A stretch of 64,000 nucleotides of DNA, taken from positions 172,701 to 236,700 of the forward strand of contig JAFEFL010000063.1 in NCBI GenBank assembly GCA_018240595.1. Reading direction: 5' to 3'. Source of the DNA: Pseudomonadota bacterium. GTDB taxonomy: Bacteria; Pseudomonadota; Alphaproteobacteria; Rhizobiales; Xanthobacteraceae. The notes beneath the pieces were generated by a model that saw only the letters and a list, made by a program, of their open reading frames with translations, was not told the DNA's origin and ran no database searches. This document shows, piece after piece, positions 31,325 through 41,688 of this stretch. Both the position numbers and the translations under genes were made by a program. Numbering within the stretch: position 1 is the stretch's first letter; each line of letters opens with the position of its first letter.

Positions 31325-32935
31325 TTGGATTCGTTCGACACCATCATCATCGGCGCCGGCTCGGCCGGGTGCGTTATCGCCGGCGAACTGGCGGCCGCCG
31401 GCACGCGGAAGATCCTGGTGCTCGAGGCCGGCCCGCGCGACCGCAATCCGTGGCTGTATCTGCCGATCGGCTACGGCAAGATGTTCTACAATCCCGCCGT
31501 CAACTGGATGTACGAATCCGAGCCGGTGCCCGAGCTCGCCAACCGGCGCATCTATCAGCCGCGCGGCAAGGTCGTCGGCGGCTCGAGCGCCATCAATGCG
31601 ATGGTCTATTCGCGTGGCCAGGCCGAGGACTATGACGGCTGGGAGGCGCTGGGCAACCGCGGCTGGGGCTGGTCCGACGTGCTGCGGCTCTATCGCCACA
31701 TCGAGGATCACGACCTCGGCGCCTCACCATGGCACGGCGCGGGCGGCCCGCTGCATGTCACCGACATTGCTAGCACCGCGCATCCGCTCACGGCAGAGTT
31801 CATCAAGGCCGGCACCGAAGCCGGACTTGCTTTCAATCCGGATCTCAACGGCGCGACGACCGAAGGCGTAGGCACCTATCAGATCACGACGCGGCACGGC
31901 ATCCGCGAATCCGCGGCGCGCGCCTTCCTGCGCCCGGCTGGGCGCAGCGGCCGGGTGCGCGTCGAAGCCGAAACATTAGTGACGCGCATCCTGTTCGACG
32001 GCCGCCGCGCGGTTGGCGTCGAATGCCGCCAGCACGGCGAGGTGAAGCGCTATGGCGCCAATGCCGAGATCATCCTGTGTGGCGGTGCGATCAATTCGCC
32101 GCAGATCCTGCAGCTGTCCGGCGTCGGTCCGGGCGCGCTGCTGGCGCATCATGGCATCGCGGTGGTGGCCGACAGCCCCGCCGTCGGCCGGCATTTCCAA
32201 GATCACCTCTGTTACGATCACGTCTACAAATCGACGCGGCCGAGCCTGAACGATGATCTGCTGCCGCTCTCTGGCAAACTGCGCGTCGGATTGTCGTATT
32301 TGTTGGGCCGGCGCGGCCCGCTGTCGCTGAGCGTCAATCAGGGCGGCGGCTTCTATCGCTCGCGCCCTGGATTGGAGCGGCCGGATATCCAGCTCTACTT
32401 CTCGCCGCTCAGCTATACCAAGGCGCCGCCGCGCGTGCGCGCGCTGATGAAGCCCGACCCGTTCTCCGGTTTCTCGACCAGCGTGTCGCCGTGCCAGCCG
32501 AAGAGCCGCGGCCATGTCGCCATCCGCTCGGCCGATCCGACGGACGCGCCGCAGATCGTGCCGAACTATCTGTCGCATCCCGACGATGTCGACACGCTGC
32601 TCGCCGGCGCGCGCTTCCTCTGCGCGCTGGCGCAAACGCCGACCTTCAACGATCTCATCGAGGAAGAACTGGAGCCCGGCGCCGGCCGGCATTGCGACGC
32701 CGAGCTGCTCGACGACATCCGCCGGCGCGCTTATTCCGTCTTTCACCCCAGTGGCACCTGCCGCATGGGCACCGACCCGGCCAGCTGCGTCGTCGATCCC
32801 ACGCTGCAGGTCTACGGTGTCACCAACCTGCGCATTGCCGATGCTTCCATCTTTCCGACGATCCCGTCGGGCAACACGAATGCCCCGGCCATGATGGTTG
32901 GCGCCAAGGCCGCCGAACTGATCGCCAATGGCTGA
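31325..32935 (+). CDS. GMC oxidoreductase (choline-dehydrogenase-like)
   Basis: GGAGGA RBS + TTG; IIGAGSAGCV, RGKVVGGSSAINAM, FHPSGTCRMG, SGNTNAP. Confidence 0.9.
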   Translation: MDSFDTIIIGAGSAGCVIAGELAAAGTRKILVLEAGPRDRNPWLYLPIGYGKMFYNPAVNWMYESEPVPELANRRIYQPRGKVVGGSSAINAMVYSRGQAEDYDGWEALGNRGWGWSDVLRLYRHIEDHDLGASPWHGAGGPLHVTDIASTAHPLTAEFIKAGTEAGLAFNPDLNGATTEGVGTYQITTRHGIRESAARAFLRPAGRSGRVRVEAETLVTRILFDGRRAVGVECRQHGEVKRYGANAEIILCGGAINSPQILQLSGVGPGALLAHHGIAVVADSPAVGRHFQDHLCYDHVYKSTRPSLNDDLLPLSGKLRVGLSYLLGRRGPLSLSVNQGGGFYRSRPGLERPDIQLYFSPLSYTKAPPRVRALMKPDPFSGFSTSVSPCQPKSRGHVAIRSADPTDAPQIVPNYLSHPDDVDTLLAGARFLCALAQTPTFNDLIEEELEPGAGRHCDAELLDDIRRRAYSVFHPSGTCRMGTDPASCVVDPTLQVYGVTNLRIADASIFPTIPSGNTNAPAMMVGAKAAELIANG

Positions 32936-33228
32936 GCGAACGCGGTCGCGCGGAGGCCGCGATGCGGCTGGTGGCGGACGCAGCCATCATCGAACCCATC
33001 TCCAAACCCGATTTCCCTACTAGAAAAAAGGAACAGGGATCTCGCCGCAAATGACCGCTGAAGGTCACAATGGCGAGTTGAATAGGCAGCAAATGCAGTT
33101 GCTTACGATGCCACTCCCTAGTCGATAGAACAGGGAAGTTCTCGAGCCATTCTCAGGAATTCAACTGCGGTATCGGGCATTAACGTCAGCTCGACGGCGC
33201 CTTAGGACATACTGCAGTTTGAGCAGCC

Positions 33229-34686
33229 CTATGAGACATTGCCGCGTTTGACGACGCCCGGTTTCACCCAATCAGGGATAGGACTGGTGTGTTTTCTTCC
33301 TTGTGTCATTTCGCGCCATTCCGCGCGCGCGGCATTCAACAATTCAGGAGATCGCGCAAGCGCCAGACCGGTCGCCGCCAGCGCCTTTGCCGCGTGAAGC
33401 ATCGCCTTATGGGCAGCGCCGCTCCGGCCCTGTGCCACCACCTGCCAGGTGTGGGGATTGGTGCCGATCGCCCAGGCCGGCGCCCAGCATTGCGCCGTCG
33501 GCGTCACCCAACTGACGTCACCGACATCGGTTGACCCGGCGCGAAAATGTGACTTGCCTTCGAAAACTCGCAATCCACGGTGCAGGACGTCCGAGCCGTC
33601 CTTCTTCACGGCGCAAAAAACATCGTCCTTGATCTGATAAAGGCGGATACTGCTGCTGATCGCCTCTTCAGTGAACGTCGCCTGGATCGCGCGAGCGGCC
33701 GCGACATCTGCGTCATCGAAGGGGACCGGGCCTAGCGCCACCATGACCTCATGCATCGCGGTTTCGAGTGTCAGGTTCGGCAGCAGATTGGTGGCCGCCG
33801 TGTCGAAGACTGCTTCCACCTCGGTCTCGGTCATCATCGCGGCGCCGCGCGCGACCTTCTCGACCCGCGCCGCCAAAGCCAAGGCCTGCTGCATTTCCGG
33901 CGCCCGGATCATGTACATTACTTCCGCATGGGCCTGCACGACGTTCGGCGCCCGCCCGCCGGCGTCGGTGATGGCATAGTGGACCCTGCAGTCCACGGGC
34001 ATGTGCTCGCGCAGGAAATTGACACCTACATTCATCAGTTCGACGGCGTCGAGCGCGGACCGTCCGAGATGCGCCGCATTCGATGCGTGCGCGGCAACAC
34101 CTTTGAAACGATAGAGGTGCTGCACGATGGCAAGATTGGTGGTGGAGCGGACGGCGTTGAACGGCGCCGGATGCCACGTCAAGGCCGCGTCGACATCGTC
34201 GAACAGCCCCGCGCGCACCAGGAATGTCTTTCCCGAGCCGCCCTCCTCGGCGGGGCAGCCGTAATAACGCGTCGTGCCCGCAAGACCGCTATCGGCGAGA
34301 TAGCGCGCGAGCGTCGTTGCCGCCAACAGCGAACCGACACCCAGCAGATTGTGCCCGCACCCGTGCCCACTACCTCCCGGTGCCGCCGGCAGACGCTCGG
34401 CCACGCCCGCTTTCTGGCTCATGCCCGCGAGAGCGTCGAACTCGCCGAGGAAGGCGATGATCGGACTGCCGTGCCCCGCCTCGGCAACGAAAGCGGTCTC
34501 CATCCCGGCCACGCCTCGCCTGACATCGAAGCCGCTCAGCTCCAGCCGCTCCGCCAGTAACGCGCTCGAGTGATGCTCCTCGAATTTTAGCTCGGCTAAA
34601 TCCCAGATCCTGTCGCTTAGGCGTGCATATTCCGCGCCATCCCTCTCGATGGCCGACGCGATGGCGGAAATCTCGATTTGATCCAT
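33229..34686 (-). CDS. M20 amidohydrolase, AbgB-like
   Basis: GEFDAL, GHGCGHNLLG, CPAEEGGSGK, LTWHP, GSTDVGDVSW. Confidence 0.9.
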   Translation of the reverse strand: MDQIEISAIASAIERDGAEYARLSDRIWDLAELKFEEHHSSALLAERLELSGFDVRRGVAGMETAFVAEAGHGSPIIAFLGEFDALAGMSQKAGVAERLPAAPGGSGHGCGHNLLGVGSLLAATTLARYLADSGLAGTTRYYGCPAEEGGSGKTFLVRAGLFDDVDAALTWHPAPFNAVRSTTNLAIVQHLYRFKGVAAHASNAAHLGRSALDAVELMNVGVNFLREHMPVDCRVHYAITDAGGRAPNVVQAHAEVMYMIRAPEMQQALALAARVEKVARGAAMMTETEVEAVFDTAATNLLPNLTLETAMHEVMVALGPVPFDDADVAAARAIQATFTEEAISSSIRLYQIKDDVFCAVKKDGSDVLHRGLRVFEGKSHFRAGSTDVGDVSWVTPTAQCWAPAWAIGTNPHTWQVVAQGRSGAAHKAMLHAAKALAATGLALARSPELLNAARAEWREMTQGRKHTSPIPDWVKPGVVKRGNVS

Positions 34687-34779
34687 TGGTCTATGGCCGG
34701 ACATTGCGCCCGCAAGGACGGGCGGTTGCAGGCCACGGCGGCACGAACCGCCGCGGTCGATTGCGCGGGACTACGCGCC

Positions 34780-36324
34780 TCACGGCGTGAGCGACACTTC
34801 CCAGAGCCTGGCATTGCCCTCCCAAACGGGGTCGCCGACGAGCTTGCTCGTCGAGGCCCAGACGATCGACATATCGTAGAGAAAGACGCCAGGCATTTCC
34901 TTCAGCATCAGCTCGTGGAACTGGTCGAAGATCGCCTGCCGCTTGGCAGGATCCGCCTCCTCGATGGCGGCGTTCATGAGTGCGATCGCTTTCGGATCGT
35001 CCCACATCAGCGACGCGTTCTTGTTCTTGTCGCCGACGAAGAACTCATACAACAGAGCCGGGTCGAGACGCGGCGCGATGGTCTGCGATATGATCTGATA
35101 TTTACCGGAACGGCGGCGATCCACCTGCGTCGCGAAATCGAGCACCTCGATTTTGACGTTCAAACCAGCCTGCTGCATCATCGCCTGGGCAATCACTGCC
35201 ATCTGGAAGCTCGGCAGATTACTGCGCTTGTTGGCGATGATCGTGATCGGCTCGCTCTTGTAGCCAGCCGCCGCGAGTTCCTTCTTGGCCGCGGCGATGT
35301 CGTAGGGCAGCCGACGCTTCTGCACGTCGTCGTAATAGCTCGAGCGCTGCGGGATCGCCGAACCGTTCGGCTCGCCGGTGCCGTTGGACGCCGCTGCCGT
35401 CAGTTGCGGCAGGTCGAGCGACATGGCGATCGCGCGCCGCACGCCCGGCTTGGACAACACCGGATCGCGGGTCTGCATGTAAAGAAGGTTCTTGCCGCTG
35501 CTGTGACCGACGATCACGCGGATCTTCTTGTTTCGTTTCAGCTCGGTGATCAGATCCGACGGAACTTCGGCGAGATCGAGAACGCCCGACTCGAGACCCG
35601 CTTTTACCGTCGCCGCGTCCGGGATATCCATGAATTTGATGCCGTCAACGAGCGGACGCTTGGAGCCCACCGCGCCATCCGGCTTGCCGTCATTATCGGG
35701 CGAGACATAACCGTCGAACTTCGCCAGCCTGACGTACTGACCTTTCTTCCATTCCGCCCATTTGAACGGGCCGGTGCCGATAGGCTCCTTGAAGGTGCCG
35801 TCGGCCGCGACCGAATCCGGTGAAATGATGCCGCTGAAGCCACATTCTGCCCGCGCCATCAGCGCCAGAAAGATGCCCGACGGCTTCTCAAGCGACATCG
35901 TGACGGTATCGCTCCCGACCGCCTTGACATCGGTGATGTGGACCGCGCCCTTGCCGTTGAAGTCCCGCAGACACGTCCATTTTGTCGCCGGGTCGAGATA
36001 GCGACGCCAGTTCCAGACCACGTCGTCGGCTGTCAGCACCTTGCCATTGTGGAAGTGGACGCCCTGACGCAGGTGGAAGGTATAGGTGCGCCGGTCGCTA
36101 GACAGGTCTACGCTCTTGGCCAGCAGCGGCTTGACCTGGCCGCCGGCGGTGTAACCAACCAAACCTTCGACGATATGCAGCATCACATGATCAGTGGTGC
36201 CGTCGCGGTTGACGCCCGGGATGTTGCTGCGCAGGTCCTGGCTTTGCGCCACGACGAGATCGCGGGCGCAGGCGGTGCCCGTAAGCGCCAGCGAGGCGAT
36301 GCCCGCGATGAGGATCGTCTTCAT
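34780..36324 (-). CDS. Peptide/nickel-type ABC substrate-binding protein (family 5)
   Basis: Signal peptide; YTFHLRQGVHFHNG; PIGTGPFK. Confidence 0.9.
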   Translation of the reverse strand: MKTILIAGIASLALTGTACARDLVVAQSQDLRSNIPGVNRDGTTDHVMLHIVEGLVGYTAGGQVKPLLAKSVDLSSDRRTYTFHLRQGVHFHNGKVLTADDVVWNWRRYLDPATKWTCLRDFNGKGAVHITDVKAVGSDTVTMSLEKPSGIFLALMARAECGFSGIISPDSVAADGTFKEPIGTGPFKWAEWKKGQYVRLAKFDGYVSPDNDGKPDGAVGSKRPLVDGIKFMDIPDAATVKAGLESGVLDLAEVPSDLITELKRNKKIRVIVGHSSGKNLLYMQTRDPVLSKPGVRRAIAMSLDLPQLTAAASNGTGEPNGSAIPQRSSYYDDVQKRRLPYDIAAAKKELAAAGYKSEPITIIANKRSNLPSFQMAVIAQAMMQQAGLNVKIEVLDFATQVDRRRSGKYQIISQTIAPRLDPALLYEFFVGDKNKNASLMWDDPKAIALMNAAIEEADPAKRQAIFDQFHELMLKEMPGVFLYDMSIVWASTSKLVGDPVWEGNARLWEVSLTP

Positions 36325-36346
36325 GCCCTTCCTCTCCTGTACTTTG

Positions 36347-37192
36347 TCAGAATGAATCCCAACAGGCGCGGGCAATCCGGCCCATCGTCTCAAGCGCCAC
36401 CGTGTAGCCAGGCGTGCCGTCCGGCATGACCTGCGGCACGTCGTCGGTGTAGACGGCGATGATATAAAGCGGGGCGTTGTCGCGATAGACGATGCCCGCA
36501 TCCATCCGGCCGCGCTTGCCGGTGCCACTCTTGTGCGCCACCAGCGTGCCGAAGGGCAGCCGCGAAGGCAACGCGTAGCGCAGGATCTGGCTCTTCAGCG
36601 TCCGCAGCGCATAGTCACAGTGAGTCGGCGAGCAGCCGAGTCTCTCGGCGACGGCAGGATCGTCCTGCGCGTCGAGGATGGCCTGGAGCAGCCGCACCTG
36701 ATCGGCTGCGGTCGTCGTTGTGACGTCCGCCAGCCTGTGATCAGGCGGCAGCGCGATCGGCGGAATAAGGAAGCGGTGATGCGTTCCCGTGAGGCCGATC
36801 GATCGACAATAGGCGTTCACCTCGTCAAGCGTCAGGCGCTCGAACACCATTTTGGTGCAGACATTGTCGCTGAGGACCATCATGCCGGTGATGGCGTCGC
36901 GCAACGAGATGACAATGCCGGGAGTGAGGTAGCGAAACATTCCGCTCGCGACCTCCTCCGCCAGCCTGCGCTCATAGACGATCTTTTCCTCGAGATCGAT
37001 TTGGCCGCGCAGGGCCGCATTCAGTGCGGCCATCATGATCGACGTCTTGCGGGTGCTCGCCGACGGCGTCTCCTCGTCCGCGCCACGGGCAAAGGTCTCG
37101 CCGGTCACGAGATTGCGGATCATGTAGCGCGTCACGAAAGGCTGTGCGTCGCAGATCGCTTCGAGCTGCGCCGGCAGCGCTTTCGCGTTCAT
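36347..37192 (-). CDS. Cytoplasmic serine hydrolase with class A beta-lactamase fold
   Basis: SxxK (ASTRK), SDN (VLSDNV), KSG (HKSGT); no signal peptide; omega-loop Glu equivalent not seen. Confidence 0.85.
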   Translation of the reverse strand: MNAKALPAQLEAICDAQPFVTRYMIRNLVTGETFARGADEETPSASTRKTSIMMAALNAALRGQIDLEEKIVYERRLAEEVASGMFRYLTPGIVISLRDAITGMMVLSDNVCTKMVFERLTLDEVNAYCRSIGLTGTHHRFLIPPIALPPDHRLADVTTTTAADQVRLLQAILDAQDDPAVAERLGCSPTHCDYALRTLKSQILRYALPSRLPFGTLVAHKSGTGKRGRMDAGIVYRDNAPLYIIAVYTDDVPQVMPDGTPGYTVALETMGRIARACWDSF

Positions 37193-37205
37193 AAATCCCT
37201 TCACG

Positions 37206-38834
37206 TCAATTCTCCAGGCGCCATTTGAGTCTCACGCCGCCCTTGTCGTTCTGCTCAAGGACCGGAATCGCCGACAGAAGCTGGCGCGTATAGGGCTCCT
37301 TCGGACTGTCAAAGATCGTGTCGCGATCGCCCTCCTCGATGACGCGGCCGTCCTGCATCACGACGACGCGGTCGGCTACCTGCTCGACGACGCCGAGGTC
37401 GTGGCTGATGAACAGACAGGAGAAGCCGTAGCGCTTCTGCAGGCGGGAAAAGAGGTCGAGGATCTGCGCCCTGACGGTGACGTCGAGCGCCGAGACGGGT
37501 TCGTCGGCAATCAGGAATTTGGGACGCCGTACGATAGCCCGAGCGATGGCCACGCGCTGGCGCTGGCCGCCGGACAGTTCGTGCGGATAGCGGCTGACGT
37601 AGGTGGCCTCAATGCCGACTTCCTGGAGGGTTTCGGACGCACGCGCTCTCTTTGCTTGCGCATCGAGCGCCGGCTCCAGGCGCAGCGCCTCTTCCACCAG
37701 CGCAAGTGTCGTCATGCGCGGGTCGAGCGAAGAGTACGGATCCTGGAACACCATCTGACAATTCAGCCGGTATTGCTGCCAGTCGGCATCGCGGGAGCGC
37801 CCCTGGAAAAGGATGGCTCCCTCGCGTTGTGCTACCAGACCGGCGATCGTGCGCCCGAGCGTCGTCTTTCCGGAGCCCGAGCCGCCCACAAGGGCGACGA
37901 CTTCGCCCTCACGGATGTCAATGCTGATGGCATTGAGCGCGCGCTTGCGCTTCGTCTTCCTGAAGGGGGAGCGGCGTGTAGCGTATTCGACGCTCAGCTC
38001 GCGCACCGAGACAATCGTCTTCGCCGACGGTCCGAAGCTGCGGTTCTGGCGGCGAAACGGCAGCGACGATAAGAGCTTCATTGTGTAAGGATGCCGCGGC
38101 GCCTCCAGGATTCTCTCGGTCGTCCCTGCCTCCACCGCGACGCCCTTCTCCATCACCAAGATGCGGTTGGTGTAACGGGCGACCATCGGCAGGTCGTGGC
38201 TGATGAGCAGGACTGCGGTGCCCTCGGCCCGCGTCAGGTCGACCATCAGCCCCATCACCTCACGCTGAACGACGGCATCCAGCGCGGTCGTCGGCTCGTC
38301 TGCGATGAGCAGCGCCGGCTTCAGCAGCATGACCGACGCGAGCATGATGCGCTGGCGCATGCCGCCGGAGAACTCATGCGGATAGGCCGCCAGGGCGTTT
38401 TCGACGTCGCGGATGCCGACCCGCCCCAGCATGTCGAGGATGCGCGACTTCCGCTCCGCCGCGCTCAGGCGCGTGTGTACGATGAGCCCTTCCTCAAGCT
38501 GACGGCCGACGGTCATCGACGGGTTCAGCGATGTCATCGGCTCCTGGAAGACGACGCCGATTTCCGCGCCGCGCAGAGCGCGAAGATCGGCGTTGCCCAT
38601 CGTCAACACGTCGCGCCCCTTGTAGACGACGCTTCCGCCGGCGATCGAGATGGCGGGTGGCAACAGCGACACGATGGCGCGAGTCGCCAGCGTCTTGCCC
38701 GATCCACTCTCGCCGACAATGCCGAATATCTCGCCTGGCGCGACGTCAAAGCTAACTTTGTCGACGACGGTCGCGCCCGTACTGCCGATCTTGAGCGATA
38801 GGTCACGCACCTCGATGAGTCGGTCCCTGGTCAT
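37206..38834 (-). CDS. Fused double-ATPase of peptide ABC transporter
   Basis: Two Walker A motifs (GESGSGKT, GGSGSGKT) and two signature motifs (FSGGMRQR, LSGGQRQR). Confidence 0.92.
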   Translation of the reverse strand: MTRDRLIEVRDLSLKIGSTGATVVDKVSFDVAPGEIFGIVGESGSGKTLATRAIVSLLPPAISIAGGSVVYKGRDVLTMGNADLRALRGAEIGVVFQEPMTSLNPSMTVGRQLEEGLIVHTRLSAAERKSRILDMLGRVGIRDVENALAAYPHEFSGGMRQRIMLASVMLLKPALLIADEPTTALDAVVQREVMGLMVDLTRAEGTAVLLISHDLPMVARYTNRILVMEKGVAVEAGTTERILEAPRHPYTMKLLSSLPFRRQNRSFGPSAKTIVSVRELSVEYATRRSPFRKTKRKRALNAISIDIREGEVVALVGGSGSGKTTLGRTIAGLVAQREGAILFQGRSRDADWQQYRLNCQMVFQDPYSSLDPRMTTLALVEEALRLEPALDAQAKRARASETLQEVGIEATYVSRYPHELSGGQRQRVAIARAIVRRPKFLIADEPVSALDVTVRAQILDLFSRLQKRYGFSCLFISHDLGVVEQVADRVVVMQDGRVIEEGDRDTIFDSPKEPYTRQLLSAIPVLEQNDKGGVRLKWRLEN

Positions 38835-39649
38835 CGTGTGCCCCGCATACGCGGATCGAGCCGATCGCGGAGCGCGTCGCCCAAGAGGTTGATGCCAAGC
38901 AGCGTCAGCGCGATACACAGACCTGGGAATAGGCCGAGCCACACGGCTTGTTCGATGAACGGCCGGCCGGCCGCCAGCATGTTGCCCCAGGTCGGTGCCG
39001 GCGGCGGCACGCCGAGCCCTAGGAAACTCAGCGCGCTTTCCGACAGGATCGCCCAGCCGAACATCGACGTCGCCAAAACCGTGATCGGCGCGAGGCAGTT
39101 CGGCAGGATGTGACGCAACAAGGTATAAAGCGCGCCGTTACCCATGACGCGCGAGGCTTCGACGAACTCCCGTTCGCGCAAGGAAAGGACGACGACGCGC
39201 ACCACGCGCGCCATCGACGGCGTATACGCAATGCCGAGGGCGAAGATGATGCCATATTCATTGGCGCCGAATACGGCGAGGAGCCCCAGCGCGAGCAGTA
39301 TGCCGGGAAAAGCAAGTAACGTATTGTTGAGCGCAACGACGACTCGATCAATCCAGCCGCGCGAATAGCCGCCAAGCAATCCGATCGCGGTGCCGCAGGC
39401 CGTGGCAAAACCGACGGTCAGAGTGCCGATCCAGATGCTGGCGCGCGCCCCCACCATGATGCGGCTGAGAACGTCGCGGCCGAATTCGTCGGTGCCGAGC
39501 AGATGATCGACGCTGGGCGGCGCAAGCCGCGCGGTGAAACTCAGCGCCATCGGGTCATAGGGGGTCCAGAACAGCCCCACCAGCGCGATCACAAGCAACA
39601 CCGCTATGAGAAAGGCGCCAATCATGGCATTGAGGCCGGGCATTTTCAT
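38831..39649 (-). CDS. Peptide ABC permease (DppC-like)
   Basis: HLLGTDEFGRDVLSRI; HILPN; ESALSFLGLG. Confidence 0.92.
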   Translation of the reverse strand: MKMPGLNAMIGAFLIAVLLVIALVGLFWTPYDPMALSFTARLAPPSVDHLLGTDEFGRDVLSRIMVGARASIWIGTLTVGFATACGTAIGLLGGYSRGWIDRVVVALNNTLLAFPGILLALGLLAVFGANEYGIIFALGIAYTPSMARVVRVVVLSLREREFVEASRVMGNGALYTLLRHILPNCLAPITVLATSMFGWAILSESALSFLGLGVPPPAPTWGNMLAAGRPFIEQAVWLGLFPGLCIALTLLGINLLGDALRDRLDPRMRGTR

Positions 39650-40590
39650 TCGGCGACCACGCGCGGGTCGAAGATCGGATACAGCAGATCGACGAAGAGA
39701 TTGATGACGACGTAGCTGACCGCCACCAGAAGCAGGCAGCCCTGAATGACCGGGTAGTCACGAGCCAGAATGCTGTCGACCATCAGCCGGCCGAGCCCGG
39801 GCACGGTGAACACCGTCTCAATCACCGCGATGCCGCCAAGCAGATGGCCGAGGATCAAACCGATCATCGTCCAGGTCGGGCCGAAGGCGTTGCGGAAGAC
39901 GTGTTTCCACAGCACGGCGGCTTCGGACAATCCCTTCGCCCGCGCATGCGTTACATAATCGAGCCGCAGGACTTCGAGGGTCGAGGCGCGCGACATGCGG
40001 ATCAGCGCGCCGGTTTCATGAATTACCAACGTCATGACCGGCAGCACAAGATAGATGAGCCCGGCCGCGATATTGTCACGGATCGATACGTAGCCGAGGA
40101 CCGGAAGCCAACCGAGCTTCAAACCGAACAGCAGCAGAAGAAGAAGGCCGAGCCAGAAGGTCGGAATCGACAGCAGTACAGTCGCCGATCCGACTAGGAC
40201 GAGGTCGGCCAGACTGTTCTGGCGCCAGGCGGCGATGACGCCGGCAGGCACGGCAAGGCAACCCGCCAGGGCGACCGCCAGAACCACAATCTGCGCGCTG
40301 ACCAGGAAGCGCTCCGTGACAAGCGCGAACACAGGCTCGCCGTTGACGATAGACCGGCCGAAATCGCCGCGCAGGACGTTTCCGGTCCAGATCACGAATT
40401 GCTGGACGATCGATTTGTCGAGGCCGAGATCGACACGCAGCGCCGCAATCTGATCGGGCTGGGCGATGTCACCCAGCATCAGCGCAGCCGGATCGCCCGG
40501 GATTAGGCGGACCAACGAGAATACGGCAATCGACACCAGCACCAATGTCGGCACCGCCATCACCAGGCGATTCAGGGTAAATCTCAGCAT
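39646..40590 (-). CDS. Peptide ABC permease (DppB-like)
   Basis: LIPGDPA; ARAKGLSE; VIETVFTVPGLGRL; RDYPVIQG. Confidence 0.92.
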   Translation of the reverse strand: MLRFTLNRLVMAVPTLVLVSIAVFSLVRLIPGDPAALMLGDIAQPDQIAALRVDLGLDKSIVQQFVIWTGNVLRGDFGRSIVNGEPVFALVTERFLVSAQIVVLAVALAGCLAVPAGVIAAWRQNSLADLVLVGSATVLLSIPTFWLGLLLLLLFGLKLGWLPVLGYVSIRDNIAAGLIYLVLPVMTLVIHETGALIRMSRASTLEVLRLDYVTHARAKGLSEAAVLWKHVFRNAFGPTWTMIGLILGHLLGGIAVIETVFTVPGLGRLMVDSILARDYPVIQGCLLLVAVSYVVINLFVDLLYPIFDPRVVAE

Positions 40591-40666
40591 CGCTTGCCCA
40601 TTGATCGATATGCGTGCCGATCGAGCCTTCGGTCGCCCACATCCGTTCTATGACAGTTCCGTTATT

Positions 40667-40686
40667 ATCGCGCAATATTATGCGAT
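40667..40686. promoter_or_regulatory. Possible LysR-type box upstream of the peptide-ABC operon
   Basis: ATCGC-N10-GCGAT inverted repeat containing T-N11-A in an AT-rich spacer. Confidence 0.35.
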
Positions 40687-40785
40687 TTTGTCATTGACCA
40701 ATGCGAGATGGTCAACGGCGGCGGTTTAGCCGGGAGCACTGGCCACCGACCGGATCACACTGCGCGCCACCGGGGCCGGGCTGCT

Positions 40786-41688
40786 TTACGATTTTTGCGT
40801 TTCGGCCAGCTGCCGTTTGAAGGCTTCGGTCAGACCGACGGCGGCAAGGGACAGCGGAATGCCGTTCGGCCGCGCAAGGCCGAATGTCTGCACGACGCGC
40901 GGAGCGAACCGCCGGTGCACGATCGGCAAGTGACGGTAGAGATTGGCGTAGAAGCTGCTGATGATTGCGACTCCCAACCCCTTGGCAACATAGGCGCAGG
41001 CCGAACTGTTGGTATGCGTCTCTATCTTGATCAGTTGTTTAACGCCGGCGCGCTTGAAGGACTGGTCGAGCTGCATCCGGTGCGGCTTTTGTCGGCCAAT
41101 CAGGATAAGCGGCACGTCGCGCAGATGTTTCGCCGTGACCTCCTTTTCGGCCGCCAGAGGATGGCGTTTCGGAATTACGCACACGCTTTCGCCGGTGACC
41201 ACCTGCTCGATCTCGATGCCGGGACCAATGTCGCCGTCGATACGCAGGAAACCGAAGTCGATGACGCGCTGCTCGATGAGCCTGGCAATCGTCGCCGTCG
41301 ATTCGAAGAACGTTTCGATCCGAACCCCTGGAAAACGTTTCACGTAGTCCGACATCATCGCCGGGGCAAAGTTCTCCCACAGACTGCCTGGCAAACCGAT
41401 GCGAACGACGTCCGGGCCGGTTGCGCCGCTGCGAAGGTCCTCGACGCGCCCGTTCATCCTTTCCACCGCCAGCAGTATGTTCTCGGCGTCGCGGGCGAGG
41501 AGCCTCGCTTCAGGGGTCGCAATCAGCCTACCCTTCTCCCGGGAAAAGAGTGACAAACCGATGTCGCTCTCCAGGTGCTGCAGCATTCGGCTGATCCCGG
41601 ACTGACTGACGCCTAGAGCTTTCGCGGCTGCAATGGTGGAACCCGTCGCCAGAAGCGTGCGCAGGACTTCCAGCTGTTTGGTGTTCAT
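40786..41688 (-). CDS. LysR-family transcriptional regulator
   Basis: MNTKQLEVLR…STIAAAKALGVSQSGISRML…LFSREKGRLIATPEA. Confidence 0.93.
   Translation of the reverse strand: MNTKQLEVLRTLLATGSTIAAAKALGVSQSGISRMLQHLESDIGLSLFSREKGRLIATPEARLLARDAENILLAVERMNGRVEDLRSGATGPDVVRIGLPGSLWENFAPAMMSDYVKRFPGVRIETFFESTATIARLIEQRVIDFGFLRIDGDIGPGIEIEQVVTGESVCVIPKRHPLAAEKEVTAKHLRDVPLILIGRQKPHRMQLDQSFKRAGVKQLIKIETHTNSSACAYVAKGLGVAIISSFYANLYRHLPIVHRRFAPRVVQTFGLARPNGIPLSLAAVGLTEAFKRQLAETQKS

Noticed and set aside
31325-32935. Gene symbol betA
   Set aside because: The GMC fold is clear, but no betI/betB/betC context supports choline as substrate.
36347-37192. Calling this gene a beta-lactamase resistance determinant
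   Set aside because: No export signal, no Glu166/Asn170 equivalent, and it sits inside an import/catabolic operon.
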